DNA of 64,000 bases from Clostridia bacterium (GCA_017631325.1 JAGBTM010000053.1:7729-71728); one strand, 5' to 3'. Shown: positions 10,673 through 21,109, numbered from the stretch's first letter. Notes: generated by a model from the sequence alone, not told the origin. Translations and numbers: made by a program.

Positions 10673-10704
10673 AACCGTTTCCTTTTCTCTTTCTATCTGT
10701 TAGT

Positions 10705-10722
10705 TTGTTACAATTTTAACAA
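10705..10722. promoter_or_regulatory. Rex (NADH-sensing repressor) operator upstream of rnfC
   Basis: TTGTTAC-AATT-TTAACAA, one mismatch to the clostridial TTGTTAA-N4-TTAACAA consensus, located between promoter and RBS. Confidence 0.7.
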
Positions 10723-10774
10723 TATTTGCCCAAATTTTCAGCGAAAAATGATAAATTTGAACAAATACTGATAT

Positions 10775-10803
10775 ATTATAACCTAAAATCTTTTATATGT
10801 CAA
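10775..10803 (-). promoter_or_regulatory. sigma-A promoter of the rnf operon
   Basis: Perfect TTGACA-17 bp-TATAAT. Confidence 0.8.
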
Positions 10804-10844
10804 GATGTAATATATTCATTCTCGAGAAAATATTGCCTCTTGTC

Positions 10845-11906
10845 TCACACGAGGGTAATTCCGTCGGTTTTTTTGATTTCTCCACCCTTTGTAATCCATA
10901 TTACCTCAACGCCCTCTATGGACTCGACTATTCTTAATCCGTCCTCGTAGCTCATACAGAACAGCGCCGTTGATAAGGCGTCGGCAAGACCTGAGTCAAG
11001 AGTAAAAATGGAAACCGAGGAGAAATAATCCGCAGGCATATTCGTCACGGGGTCTATGATATGGTGATATCTCACACCGTCAACCACGTAGTATCTTTCG
11101 TAGTCACCCGAGGTTACAAGCGAGGTGTTCTTAATCTTAACCTTGCACGCAAAGCTCTCGCTTGACGTCTTATCCGGGTTTGTTATCGCCGTGAGCCAGC
11201 CCTCGCCCGTCACCTTCTGGCCGATAGCGCGGATATTTCCGCCTATGTTAAGAACGTATGAGCTTACGCCACGCGAGATGAGAAGCTCTGCCGCGCGCTC
11301 GGTCGCATAGCCCTTGCCGATAGCGCCGACGTCGAGTGACATCTTGCTGTCGGAAATATAAACGGTGGAATTTTCCTCGTCTATTACGAGATTGTTTATA
11401 TCCGTATGAAGCGCCGCCTCGCTGAGCGCCGCGCCGTCGGGTATATACGCCCCGTCGGGATTATCAGCTCCGTGCTCGCGCGCATCGTGCCACAGCTTCA
11501 GAACCGAACCCATAGCTATATTCGTTTTTCCCTCGGTGAGTGTGTAAATTTCCTTCGCATAGAGAAGAAAATCAACAAGACGCTCGTCAACCTCCACGGG
11601 AGCTATACCCGCATTCTTGTTTATCGTCTTAATATTGTTTACACCTGCATACTCGTGATAAATGTCAAAGAGCTTATGATACTCACCGAGCAGGTCGAAC
11701 ACAGCCGTAGCGTTTGCTGAAAATTCCGCCTCGGCATCACCCTTATACGACATTATAACCGATACCGTGTCAAAAAACTCGTAGTTTGAACGGGCCTTCG
11801 TCTTTGGCTCTTGTACCTCAGGCGCGCCCGTCGGAGCGCAGGAAATGAGCGTTACCGACACAAGAATGGCGGCGGTTATAGCCCTTATAATCTTATGGAT
11901 ATTCAT
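10845..11906 (-). CDS. apbE: FAD:protein FMN transferase lipoprotein (ApbE/FmnB)
   Basis: Lipobox LISC; DVGAIGKGY, TSGDYERY, HHIIDP and ADALSTA motifs. Confidence 0.93.
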   Translation of the reverse strand: MNIHKIIRAITAAILVSVTLISCAPTGAPEVQEPKTKARSNYEFFDTVSVIMSYKGDAEAEFSANATAVFDLLGEYHKLFDIYHEYAGVNNIKTINKNAGIAPVEVDERLVDFLLYAKEIYTLTEGKTNIAMGSVLKLWHDAREHGADNPDGAYIPDGAALSEAALHTDINNLVIDEENSTVYISDSKMSLDVGAIGKGYATERAAELLISRGVSSYVLNIGGNIRAIGQKVTGEGWLTAITNPDKTSSESFACKVKIKNTSLVTSGDYERYYVVDGVRYHHIIDPVTNMPADYFSSVSIFTLDSGLADALSTALFCMSYEDGLRIVESIEGVEVIWITKGGEIKKTDGITLV

Positions 11907-12097
11907 AAATATCCCTCCGAAAAATCAAATCAAAAAATCAACTTAAAACAGTTTAAATTAACAAGCCACGGCTGTTACCGTCGGGCTTTGTACTCAAAAA
12001 AATAAAATAATTTCACGAAAACAAAAAACAAAATCAAAAATAACTTACAAAAACAGAAAAATGCGCTTTAACTAAATAAGAGTAAATCCTAAAATCA

Positions 12098-12135
12098 AAG
12101 CAGGGCGGCAAACAACAACGGTGCCGTCCTGCTAT
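12098..12135 (-). terminator. Intrinsic terminator after the lipoprotein gene
   Basis: AGCAGGGCGGC...GCCGTCCTGCT hairpin. Confidence 0.6.
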
Positions 12136-12155
12136 GAATTTTGGTAAAGCAGTAA

Positions 12156-13076
12156 TTATCTAGCCATGTTTACAGCTGCTTCGATAGCTGCCTTGTAGCC
12201 GCCTGCGTAAATGGTGCATCCTGCAACACCCTCGGAAGCAAGAGTTGCGATATTGTCCTTGGTAAGACCGATTGCTGCCTTTGCGTATGCGTCAGCCTGA
12301 ACGTACCAAGTTCCCGCGGCCATGGGTTTATATGAATCATAGCTTGTTCCCAGCTCACGCTTGGTTCCGTCGTAAGACAGAGTGGACGCGTATGTTTGCT
12401 GGTCAGTTACAATGCTGGGCTCTGCGGTATCAAGAATTGCCGCTGCAACCTTACCCTCGGACATAATAACTGCAGCAAAGGTGGTAGAAGCTGTTACACT
12501 CATCGCTTCTTCGTCTACCTCGAGCGCAGATGCTGCAACCTTAAGACCTGCGGTAAGAGTGCCTGCCTTTGCAGAGAAAGCGGTTTTGTATTCGCTTGCA
12601 AACGCCTTGTCAACAGCCGCCTTCATGTCGGTAACGTCAATAGTGCAGCCTGCTATGAGATCGGTCTTGCCTTCGGTAAGAGTAAGGCCTGCAATATCAG
12701 TCTGGGTCTTGCCAACTACGTATGCTTCAAACGCTGCGCCCTGCTTGTACCAGTCGCCTGCGCCCTCGTCCATACCATAATTGGGAATGGTGTCATAATC
12801 CTCGCCCTGCTCTACCTTGGAGGTGGGTGCAGTGGTCATTTCTTCTTCGCCGCCGCCGTACTCAACGCAGTCAACACGGCACAGAACTACCTTGCCGTCG
12901 GCATCGGTAACGATAGCTGCTACGGTTTTTGCAAGCGCATCGCCGTCAAAATTAACTGCTACGCCAATAGAAAGCTTGTAGCTTTCAGCTGCAGGGGGTG
13001 TCTCGGGAGTTCCGCACGCTGCGAGGCAGGTGAGGGAAAGCACGAGAACGAGAATGAGAGAAAGAATTCTTTTCAT
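12156..13076 (-). CDS. Lipoprotein with two internally repeated FMN-binding-like domains (PplA-like)
   Basis: Lipobox LAAC; duplicated K..(L/Q)G..Y...AG.WY.QA..(F/Y)...(V/I)G.T....AGCTI unit; adjacent to apbE. Confidence 0.6.
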   Translation of the reverse strand: MKRILSLILVLVLSLTCLAACGTPETPPAAESYKLSIGVAVNFDGDALAKTVAAIVTDADGKVVLCRVDCVEYGGGEEEMTTAPTSKVEQGEDYDTIPNYGMDEGAGDWYKQGAAFEAYVVGKTQTDIAGLTLTEGKTDLIAGCTIDVTDMKAAVDKAFASEYKTAFSAKAGTLTAGLKVAASALEVDEEAMSVTASTTFAAVIMSEGKVAAAILDTAEPSIVTDQQTYASTLSYDGTKRELGTSYDSYKPMAAGTWYVQADAYAKAAIGLTKDNIATLASEGVAGCTIYAGGYKAAIEAAVNMAR

Positions 13077-13133
13077 TTTTTGTCTCCTGTTTTGTTTTAT
13101 TTATTATTTTGTTTTTGTGCGTATTGCCTATAC

Positions 13134-13162
13134 ATTATACAGTATTTTTTGTACTTTGTCAA
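13134..13162 (-). promoter_or_regulatory. sigma-A promoter of the lipoprotein gene
   Basis: Perfect TTGACA-17 bp-TATAAT. Confidence 0.75.
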
Positions 13163-13360
13163 TAGATTTGTTAATTATTTGTCACTTTTAAGGCGAAAAA
13201 ATGGTAAATTTTTACTCTATCGCGGATTTACTAAACTTTTGTTTTTGATTAACCGTGCTAGCGCTTGCTTTTTTCCTCGCCCAAGACAAAATCCAACAAT
13301 CCGACCCCTGACTTTACTTGATTTATTTGAATTTTTCTCTCATGACGATGCTAAAACGAA

Positions 13361-16237
13361 TTAAGCCTCAAGCACCCTATCGAGCCCAAGCTTTTCGTCC
13401 GAAAGCGTCGCACCGTCGGCCGAAACGCATACCGAAGCGCGCTCTATTGCCCTCTCGATGACGTCGGCTGCCTTTAGAATATCCTCGCCCGAGACGTTTA
13501 TCATATCACGGTAGAGCTTCGTTTCCATCTCGGGCGTCCAGCCTACGATATAATCGTAAAGCCCCTGCTGAGCCTCTGCGCGCGGAGTTGTCAAAACGTC
13601 GTATTCACCGATAGCTCCGATAATGAATTTAGTCAAATCCTCGCCGCTCTTAACCAGCTCCCTAAGGTAAGCAGGAGCACCCTTGTAGCACTCAAGCGAG
13701 CCCCTCGGTGACGGGTCACGGTAGGAATAACAGCATATCTCACCGGACTTGCGAGGTATAAAGCCCGCTCCGTATGCGCCCCCCTTAACTCTTATCTCGT
13801 TCCAAAGATACTCATACGAGAGAACCGAGCGTAAAACTCGCATCACGCCAAGCATACCGACAGCCTCTAGGGAAAGGGTCGAAATCGCAGAATATGCGAC
13901 ACGGGTGGGGGTTTTCAGTCCCTCTTTAACCTGATTTCCGTAGCTTATCGGGTATTTTTCTCCAAGCTCTCCCGAGGGGAATATTTCGATTATCTGCTTG
14001 ACGAAATCCTCGTCGGGCGCGCCTCCAAGCGACACAAGAAGCCTCTCTCTCACCGTGATTTTAGACATAAGAGCAAAAAGCTCGCCCGAAAGCGTCTGCC
14101 ACCTCTTGTCAAAGTCGGAAAGCAGCTCCTTAGTCCTCTGGTATGCATCAAAGCCGCCCATTATTTCACCGATAGCGCCGGCCTCGGTCACAGATGAGGA
14201 CGCCCTTGTAAGAGCGAGCGACAGAGCATCTGAGGTGAGAGAATCCTCAATTATGCTCTTAAGCTGCTCAAGTATCGTTTTAACAACGTTTTTCTCGGAG
14301 AAATCGCTCTTCATAAGAAGCTCTCGCACAATCTCGCAAACCATACCCTTGTTGCAGTCAAGCACGCTGATATTCACCGTCATAGCGCGCCTTGTTCTGC
14401 CTGAGCCGTCGGAGGCAGGGTAGGTCGCAGCGCTTACTGTGAAAGAGCCGAGATTTGTTTTTATCGCATTCTGAAGCTCTGAGGCCGTATATTTTTCGGT
14501 TCTGAGGTTCTTTAAAAGCGTGGATATAAGCGAGAGAAGATACAGCTCGCGCTCGTTAAGGTCGTCGCCAAAAAAGCTCATTCCAAGGTAACTTATTCCA
14601 CCCGTTTCGACCTCCTGCAAAAGTACCTCGGCGGAGGATATTTTCTCCGTCTTCGGCGATGGCTTTTGCTTCTTTACGGATATATCCGAGAGCGAAAGGG
14701 TGGGTATCGTGTCGAGATTTTCACGAGTGTCGGGTGTTTTCTGCCAAATATCGAGCTCTTCCTTTTCGCGCCTTATTCTCGCAATTTCTTCTTCGCCAAG
14801 TCTTTTTCCAAGCTCCAGAAGACGAGCTTCTCTTTCCCTTGCCTCATTTTCCTCAGCACCCTCCCTTGCATGCATACGGACGGTAGCACAGTGAGGATTA
14901 TCTACGGTTGATTTAAGAAGCAATTTCTCAAAATAGTCGCCCTCTATAAGCGAGCGAACCTCGGCAAGCGTTTTTTCGTAGCAGAGGCCCGCCTTTGGCT
15001 CTCCGCCGTAAATCCAGGGCGCAAATGCCGACAGCGCGAACGCCACACCGCGAGGGAGCGAGCCAAAATCCTTTTCCCTCAGCTTAAACTCGTTGTTGTT
15101 GAGGGTTGCAACAAGTCTATCCTTGTCAATTCCCTCTCGAGCTATCTCCCGTATAGCCTCGTCAAGAGCAGACTCGGCCTCTAAACACCTGTCCTCTTCA
15201 ACACCGATAAGCTCAATGGATATTTCACTTTGTCTTACTCTTGACACGCTCATAACAAGGTCCTTGCAAAGACCCGTGTCGAGCATTTTGCGTTTTAGAG
15301 GCGCCTCGTTGGTCGATGCAAGCGCCGAGGACAAAACGGTCAGGGAGAAGTCCTCCACAGCCTCAAAGAGCGAGGAATAAACGTATCCCCGAGCTACCCT
15401 CGACGTATGCTCGCCACAAGGCTCGTATTCAAGTGTTACGGGTGCAGACGTGACGGGGGGCTGTGTCGGATATTCGACCTTTACTTCCTTTTTTTCGTAC
15501 TCCGAAAGATAGGAATTTATAAGCTCCAGCGTCCTGTTTATATTCAAGGCTCCGTCGAGGAAAATATACGAGTTCGAGGGGTGATAGTAGGTCTTGTGCC
15601 TCTCGCAGTAGTCCTCGTAGGTAAGAGTGGGTATAAAATCGGGGTTTCCGCCCGAGTCGTAGCTATATAATACGTCGGGAAAAAGGCACCTGCGCAGCTC
15701 GTCGCCAAGTCGCTCATCGGGCGAGGAATACGCCCCCTTCATTTCGTTATACACTACACCGTTATAGGAGAGCTTCCCCTCGCTGTCGCACTCTAAGTGC
15801 CAGCCCTCTTGAAGAAAAATATTCCTGTTTTCGAGCATCTTTGGGTGAAAAACCGCATCAAGATATATATCGGTAAGGTTTAGAAAGTCCTTTTCGCACC
15901 TTGAGGACACGGGGTACACCGTTCTGTCCTCGTAGGTAAGAGCGTTAAGAAAGGTATTAAGCGAGCCCTTGAGAAGCTCAACGAACGGCTCCTTTACGGG
16001 AAACTTTCTCGAGCCGCAAAGCACCGAGTGCTCGATTATATGGAACACTCCCGTGTCGTCCTTGGGCGGCGTTCGAAAGCAAATAGCAAAGGTCATATTA
16101 CTCTCGTCTCTGTCGAGATACGCAAGACGCGCTCCGCTTCCCTCGTGCTCCATCATATAGATTTTACCTGCAACCTCGGGTATATTTTCTATCTCGGTCA
16201 CGGTAAAGCCGTGTATTTTATCCTTAATTTTCATCAT
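13361..16237 (-). CDS. Insulinase-family (M16C, PreP-like) zinc metallopeptidase
   Basis: Inverted Zn motif HIIEH, GVVYNEMKG, IRVKGGAYG. Start moved to ATG 16237 after GGAGG. Confidence 0.9.
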   Translation of the reverse strand: MMKIKDKIHGFTVTEIENIPEVAGKIYMMEHEGSGARLAYLDRDESNMTFAICFRTPPKDDTGVFHIIEHSVLCGSRKFPVKEPFVELLKGSLNTFLNALTYEDRTVYPVSSRCEKDFLNLTDIYLDAVFHPKMLENRNIFLQEGWHLECDSEGKLSYNGVVYNEMKGAYSSPDERLGDELRRCLFPDVLYSYDSGGNPDFIPTLTYEDYCERHKTYYHPSNSYIFLDGALNINRTLELINSYLSEYEKKEVKVEYPTQPPVTSAPVTLEYEPCGEHTSRVARGYVYSSLFEAVEDFSLTVLSSALASTNEAPLKRKMLDTGLCKDLVMSVSRVRQSEISIELIGVEEDRCLEAESALDEAIREIAREGIDKDRLVATLNNNEFKLREKDFGSLPRGVAFALSAFAPWIYGGEPKAGLCYEKTLAEVRSLIEGDYFEKLLLKSTVDNPHCATVRMHAREGAEENEAREREARLLELGKRLGEEEIARIRREKEELDIWQKTPDTRENLDTIPTLSLSDISVKKQKPSPKTEKISSAEVLLQEVETGGISYLGMSFFGDDLNERELYLLSLISTLLKNLRTEKYTASELQNAIKTNLGSFTVSAATYPASDGSGRTRRAMTVNISVLDCNKGMVCEIVRELLMKSDFSEKNVVKTILEQLKSIIEDSLTSDALSLALTRASSSVTEAGAIGEIMGGFDAYQRTKELLSDFDKRWQTLSGELFALMSKITVRERLLVSLGGAPDEDFVKQIIEIFPSGELGEKYPISYGNQVKEGLKTPTRVAYSAISTLSLEAVGMLGVMRVLRSVLSYEYLWNEIRVKGGAYGAGFIPRKSGEICCYSYRDPSPRGSLECYKGAPAYLRELVKSGEDLTKFIIGAIGEYDVLTTPRAEAQQGLYDYIVGWTPEMETKLYRDMINVSGEDILKAADVIERAIERASVCVSADGATLSDEKLGLDRVLEA

Positions 16238-17180
16238 CAGAAAGTGCCTCCTCCATAAAGCTCTCAACCGCCCCAAGATACCTGTCCTTATCACACAGAT
16301 AGCTCACTCCGTGCTCTGCGCCCGGAAAGGTTACTAGCATTCTTTTTTTCATTTTACAGTTTTCAAAAATTTCCCTGCTCATATAGCACGGAACGAAGCT
16401 ATCGGCCTCCCCGTGTAGAATTATCGTGGGGATTTGAGAGGACTTTACAGCCTCCTTTGCCTCTGCCGAGCAGACGTCAAAGCCACCGAAAATCATGCCT
16501 CCAAGCCTTACGAGTGGGAAGAAAAGCCTCGCGGGAAGTCCCATTTTCGAGATAACCGAGCTGATTATATCTCGCGGCGAGGAATAGGGGCAGTCGGCCA
16601 TTATAGCCTTGACGTTCTTAGGTAAATCAAGCCCCGATGCCATAAGCACGGTCGCAGCCCCCATAGACATGCCCAGAATAATTATTTTGGTCTTCTTGCC
16701 GAAGCGCTCTATCGCATAGTTTATAAAGTCAAGACAGTCGTATCTCTCCTTTATTCCAAAGGTAATAGACCCACCCTCGCTCTTTCCGTGGGCCCTTTGG
16801 TCCACGAGAATGAGGTTGTGTCCTCTGCCCCTCGCGTCTCTTGCTCCGCCGCAGAAATCCCTGAGCGCGTGTCCGCGATAGCCGTGCATCTGTATCTCAA
16901 CGGGAGCACCGTCTTTGTTATGATAATATCTTGCGTAAAGTGTCACACCGTCGTGTGATTTAATGTAAATATCTTCACACGGGGTGGCACTTATCTCGTT
17001 AATAAGCGGCTCCATAATAGGATTAAACTCGTCAAATCCCGCAAGACGCATGCTCGCATACGGGTCGTCGGGCGTATTCTTATTTCTGGCAAAGGTCATT
17101 CGGTAGCACACGAACGCAGCTAAAAGCACTAAAGCCAAAATGCAAAAGGCTACTATGAGTATAGGCAAAGCAATATCCAT
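16224..17180 (-). CDS. Alpha/beta hydrolase with N-terminal membrane anchor
   Basis: HGY, GMSMG nucleophile elbow, HGEAD and GAEH. ATG at 17180 follows GGAG. Confidence 0.88.
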   Translation of the reverse strand: MDIALPILIVAFCILALVLLAAFVCYRMTFARNKNTPDDPYASMRLAGFDEFNPIMEPLINEISATPCEDIYIKSHDGVTLYARYYHNKDGAPVEIQMHGYRGHALRDFCGGARDARGRGHNLILVDQRAHGKSEGGSITFGIKERYDCLDFINYAIERFGKKTKIIILGMSMGAATVLMASGLDLPKNVKAIMADCPYSSPRDIISSVISKMGLPARLFFPLVRLGGMIFGGFDVCSAEAKEAVKSSQIPTIILHGEADSFVPCYMSREIFENCKMKKRMLVTFPGAEHGVSYLCDKDRYLGAVESFMEEALSDDEN

Positions 17181-17213
17181 TATACGCTCCAAAATTAAAT
17201 AAAATATATCTTT

Positions 17214-17242
17214 ATTTTATCATTTCGAGAGAGCGTTGTCAA
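17214..17242 (-). promoter_or_regulatory. sigma-A promoter
   Basis: TTGACA-17 bp-TAAAAT with TG extension. Confidence 0.65.
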
Positions 17243-17245
17243 GTA

Positions 17246-17338
17246 CGCCTAGCCTAATTATGACACCTTGCCTAATTATGACGCCTAGCCCAATTATGAC
17301 GCTTTGGCCAATTATGACGCCTTGCCAAACAATGACGA
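17246..17338. repeat. 18-bp tandem repeat (GCCTAGCCTAATTATGAC-like), 5 copies
   Basis: Direct inspection. Confidence 0.85.
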
Positions 17339-17799
17339 CCGTTTTATTATGCTCCCCGACAATACCACTTTAACTCTATGACTGGGCCGTGTTAAAATAA
17401 ACTTTGTTTTACGCTTAAAATACGGCCTTTAGCCCGCTTACCAAGACGGTATCAGGCAAAGCGCCCTTTTTCAGAGTTTTTAGCCACCCTTCCCGAAAAA
17501 CAGCTTTAACATCTAACCAAGAAATAAAATCAGCCCCGTTTTTACATAAACAAGACGGCACCCAGCACCCAATATAAAATCAAGACGTATTATACTGCAA
17601 CTCGGCAAAACAAGGCTCGAATTTTCTTCAATAGCTCAAAAAGGCTATAACTTTTGGTTTTTTCAGTAAAATTTTGCAAAAACCCTCTCAATTATTTCCA
17701 AATTTGCTTTTTCGGTTGATTTTGCCCTATGTTTATGTTAGAATATTTCTGTACATAATATTCAAGGGATTTTACCCGTATTTTTTTGTGAGGTAAATT

Positions 17800-19230
17800 A
17801 TGTTTGATATAGCAGTAATCGGCGCAGGTGTCGTCGGAGCGCTCGTCGCAAGAGAGCTTACACGCTTCGGAATGAAGGTTGTTATTCTCGAGCGAGGCAG
17901 TGATGTCGCCCTGGGCGCAACCCGTGCAAACAGCGCGATAGTACACGCAGGCTTCGACGCCAAGGAGGGCACTCTCAAGGCCCGTCTTAACGTGCGAGGC
18001 TCAAAGATTATGGAGAGCGTGTGCCAAAATCTCGGAGTTAAATACAAAAGAAACGGCTCGCTTGTCGTCGGATTTAACGACGAGGATAGAAAAACTCTCG
18101 AGCAGCTTCTAATCAGAGGCAAAAATAACGGTGTCGAGGGACTTTCTATACTCGAGCGCGACGAAATTCTCAAAATAGAAAAGAATATAGGAGACGGTGT
18201 AATCTGCGCCCTCCACGCTCCGTCGGGCGCTATCGTCTGCCCCTACGAGCTTTGTATGGCAGCGGTTGGCAACGCTATGGACAACGGCGCCGAGCTTATT
18301 CTGGACTTTAACGTAACGGCAATAGAGAACGTCGGTGATTACTACAAAATCACCTCGCCCGACGGAAAGCTTGCCGAGGCAAAATACGTCGTAAACTGTG
18401 CAGGCGCTTACTCCGACGATATAGCGCGTCTTGTCGGTGACAGCTCGTTCAGTATAAGAGCACGTCGAGGCGAATATCTGCTTCTCGACCGCGAATGCGG
18501 TGACACGGTATCCCACACAATATTCCGTTGCCCCTCAAAAATGGGCAAGGGTGTACTCGTCTCCCCCACCGTTGACGGCAATCTTCTCGTCGGCCCGACA
18601 GCCGAGGACATAGACGATAAGAGCGACACGAAAACTACACCCGAGGGTTTAGACAAGGTTCGCGCGCTCGCCCAAGAGCAGGTGTCAGGCATTGCATTTA
18701 ACAAGGTTATCACCTCATTCTCGGGACTTCGCTCGACCGGTAGCACGGGTGACTTTATAATAAACTTGCCTCAGCCCAGATTTTTAAATATCGCCGGTAT
18801 AGAGAGCCCGGGACTTTCCTCTGCCCCGGCTATTGCCGAGTACGTAATAATGATGCTTCGCGAGTCGGGAGTCTTTCTCTTCAAGCGTGAGGATTTTAAC
18901 CCATACAGACGCCCTATGCACTATTTTTCGACCTTAAGCAAACAGGAAAAGAACGAAATCATAAAGGAGCGTCCCGAATATGCGCACGTTATATGCCGAT
19001 GCGAGATGGTTACCGAGGGCGAAATCCTTGACGCCATAAGAACTAATCCTCGCCCAAACGACCTCGACGGTGTAAAGCGCAGAACTCGTGCAACGATGGG
19101 CAGATGTCAAGGTGGATTTTGCTCGCCCTATATAGTCGAGCTTCTTTCAAGGGAGCTTGGAATTGACTACCTTGAGGTTACGAAATCCGGCGGAAAATCC
19201 TATATCAACGTTGGCAAAACCAAGGAGTAA
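17800..19230 (+). CDS. FAD-dependent oxidoreductase, GlpA/LhgO-like, with C-terminal BFD 2Fe-2S domain
   Basis: GAGVVG, NSAIVHAG, CRCE...RATMGRCQGGFC. Confidence 0.88.
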   Translation: MFDIAVIGAGVVGALVARELTRFGMKVVILERGSDVALGATRANSAIVHAGFDAKEGTLKARLNVRGSKIMESVCQNLGVKYKRNGSLVVGFNDEDRKTLEQLLIRGKNNGVEGLSILERDEILKIEKNIGDGVICALHAPSGAIVCPYELCMAAVGNAMDNGAELILDFNVTAIENVGDYYKITSPDGKLAEAKYVVNCAGAYSDDIARLVGDSSFSIRARRGEYLLLDRECGDTVSHTIFRCPSKMGKGVLVSPTVDGNLLVGPTAEDIDDKSDTKTTPEGLDKVRALAQEQVSGIAFNKVITSFSGLRSTGSTGDFIINLPQPRFLNIAGIESPGLSSAPAIAEYVIMMLRESGVFLFKREDFNPYRRPMHYFSTLSKQEKNEIIKERPEYAHVICRCEMVTEGEILDAIRTNPRPNDLDGVKRRTRATMGRCQGGFCSPYIVELLSRELGIDYLEVTKSGGKSYINVGKTKE

Positions 19231-19233
19231 AAT

Positions 19234-20493
19234 ATGAATTACGATAGAAAAGCAGACCTCGTCATCATAGGCGGTGGCCCTGCCGGTATGGCGGCGGCTC
19301 TTGCCGCAAGAGAAGCAGGCATAAACGACATACTCATTCTCGAGCGCGACAACGAGCTTGGCGGAATTTTAAGACAATGTATACACGGCGGCTTTGGACT
19401 TCACACCTTTGGCGAGGAGCTAACAGGCCCCGAATACGCGTACAGGTACGAAAAGAGAGTAAAGGAAGAAAACATTCCTTACATGCTGAACACCATGGTC
19501 ACCGAGCTTACACCCGACAGATGTGTCACTGCCATGAACGAAAAGCTAGGAGTGTTCACGGTAAAGGCAGAGGCCGTTATACTCGCCATGGGCTGCCGCG
19601 AAAGACCCAAGGGCGCCCTCGGAATATCAGGAACGCGTCCCTCGGGTATTTATACAGCAGGCACAGCGCAGAAATTCGTTAATATGAAGGGCTACATGCC
19701 CGGACGCGAGGTCGTTATTCTCGGCTCGGGCGATATAGGTCTGATTATGGCCCGTAGAATGACGCTCGAGGGTGCCAAGGTACACGCAGTATGCGAGCTT
19801 ATGCCCTACTCAGGAGGCCTTGCGAGAAACATAGAGCAGTGCTTAAACGACTACGGCATTCCCTTAAAGCTCAGCCACACCGTAGCTGAAATTCACGGCA
19901 AGGAGCGTCTTGAGGGCGTCACGATAGTCAAGGTTGACGAAAACCGCCGTCCCATACCCGAAACCAGAGAGTACGTAAAGTGCGACACGCTTCTTCTCTC
20001 CTGCGGACTTATCCCCGAAAACGAGCTTACAAAGGGTGCGGGAATATCGCTCGACAGAGTAACGGGCGGTGCTGTTGTAAACGGGAAACGCGAGACCGAG
20101 TGCGAGGGTATTTTCGCCTGCGGAAACGTGCTCCACGTCCACGACCTCGTTGACTTCGTATCCGACGAGGCTGTAATTGCGGGACGCTCGGCCGCAGAAT
20201 ATATTAAGGGCAAATCAAACGAAAAAATTAAGATTAAGCTCCAAACAGACGGTAAAATTCGCTACACGGTACCCCAGATAATAACAGAGCTCTCCGACAC
20301 GACGGTTTATTTCCGTGTCAGCGACGTTTATAAAAACGCGGAAATTTTAATTGAGGACGGTGAGGAGAAGCTCTACTCAAAAAAGACCTTGAAGCTCGCC
20401 CCGGGCGAGATGGAAAGCATAAAGCTCACAGCAAATATGCTCTCCCGTGTAAAATCGGGCGAAATCAAATTCTCTTTAAAGACGGGAGTGTAA
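19234..20493 (+). CDS. Pyridine nucleotide-disulfide oxidoreductase (partner of the GlpA-like subunit)
   Basis: GGGPAG, QCIHGGFG, GSGDIGLIMARR and GNVLHVHDLVD. Confidence 0.88.
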   Translation: MNYDRKADLVIIGGGPAGMAAALAAREAGINDILILERDNELGGILRQCIHGGFGLHTFGEELTGPEYAYRYEKRVKEENIPYMLNTMVTELTPDRCVTAMNEKLGVFTVKAEAVILAMGCRERPKGALGISGTRPSGIYTAGTAQKFVNMKGYMPGREVVILGSGDIGLIMARRMTLEGAKVHAVCELMPYSGGLARNIEQCLNDYGIPLKLSHTVAEIHGKERLEGVTIVKVDENRRPIPETREYVKCDTLLLSCGLIPENELTKGAGISLDRVTGGAVVNGKRETECEGIFACGNVLHVHDLVDFVSDEAVIAGRSAAEYIKGKSNEKIKIKLQTDGKIRYTVPQIITELSDTTVYFRVSDVYKNAEILIEDGEEKLYSKKTLKLAPGEMESIKLTANMLSRVKSGEIKFSLKTGV

Positions 20494-20499
20494 AACGAT

Positions 20500-20856
20500 A
20501 TGCAAAGAAATCTTACCTGTATAATCTGTCCCCGCGGCTGTAATCTTGTAATAGAGCTTGATGACGAGGGGAAAATTGAGAGCGTCAGCGGCAACGCCTG
20601 CAAAAGAGGTATAGGATACGCAGAGGACGAATGCACCGCTCCCAAGCGTTCTGTAACCTCAACCGTAAGATGCGAGGGTGGTGGACTTATAGCCGTAAAA
20701 ACGGCCTCACCTATCCCCAAATCACTAGTTTTCGAGTGTATGAAGAAAATTAACGGCACGCACGCCAAATCCGACGTCAAAATAGGCGACGTTATTATAA
20801 AGAACGTCCTCGGCACAGGCGTCGATATCATAGCAAGCGGCAACAAAATGCTCTGA
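20500..20856 (+). CDS. DUF1667 family CxxC metal-binding protein
   Basis: CIICPRGC...GNACKRG; third gene of the conserved triad. Confidence 0.85.
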   Translation: MQRNLTCIICPRGCNLVIELDDEGKIESVSGNACKRGIGYAEDECTAPKRSVTSTVRCEGGGLIAVKTASPIPKSLVFECMKKINGTHAKSDVKIGDVIIKNVLGTGVDIIASGNKML

Positions 20857-20894
20857 TACACCGTCGCGTTTCGACATAGCAAAGGCTAGGTACA

Positions 20895-21012
20895 AAATGC
20901 AAAACGCAAAATTACAAACGGGAAATTAGAAATTAGAAATTGCAAACGAGAAATCAGAAATTACAAACGAGAAATCAGAAATTACAAACGAGAAATTAGA
21001 AATTAGAAATGC
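20895..21012. repeat. Heptamer-based tandem repeats (GAAATTA/GAAATCA/CAAACGA)
   Basis: Direct inspection. Confidence 0.8.
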
Positions 21013-21109
21013 GTAACGCAGTGCGCAAGAGAAGAGTGCAAAGTTCATAATTCACAGCTCAAAAACGCTAAAACTCAAAGGCGCAAGCAAAAAAACACAA
21101 ATAAAAACA

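Noticed and set aside
13168-13185. Second Rex box upstream of the lipoprotein promoter
   Set aside because: TTGTTAA-TTAT-TTGTCAC has three mismatches in the right half; too weak to call.
12396-13364. 322-aa + strand ORF
   Set aside because: Antisense shadow of the lipoprotein running through AT-rich intergenic DNA.
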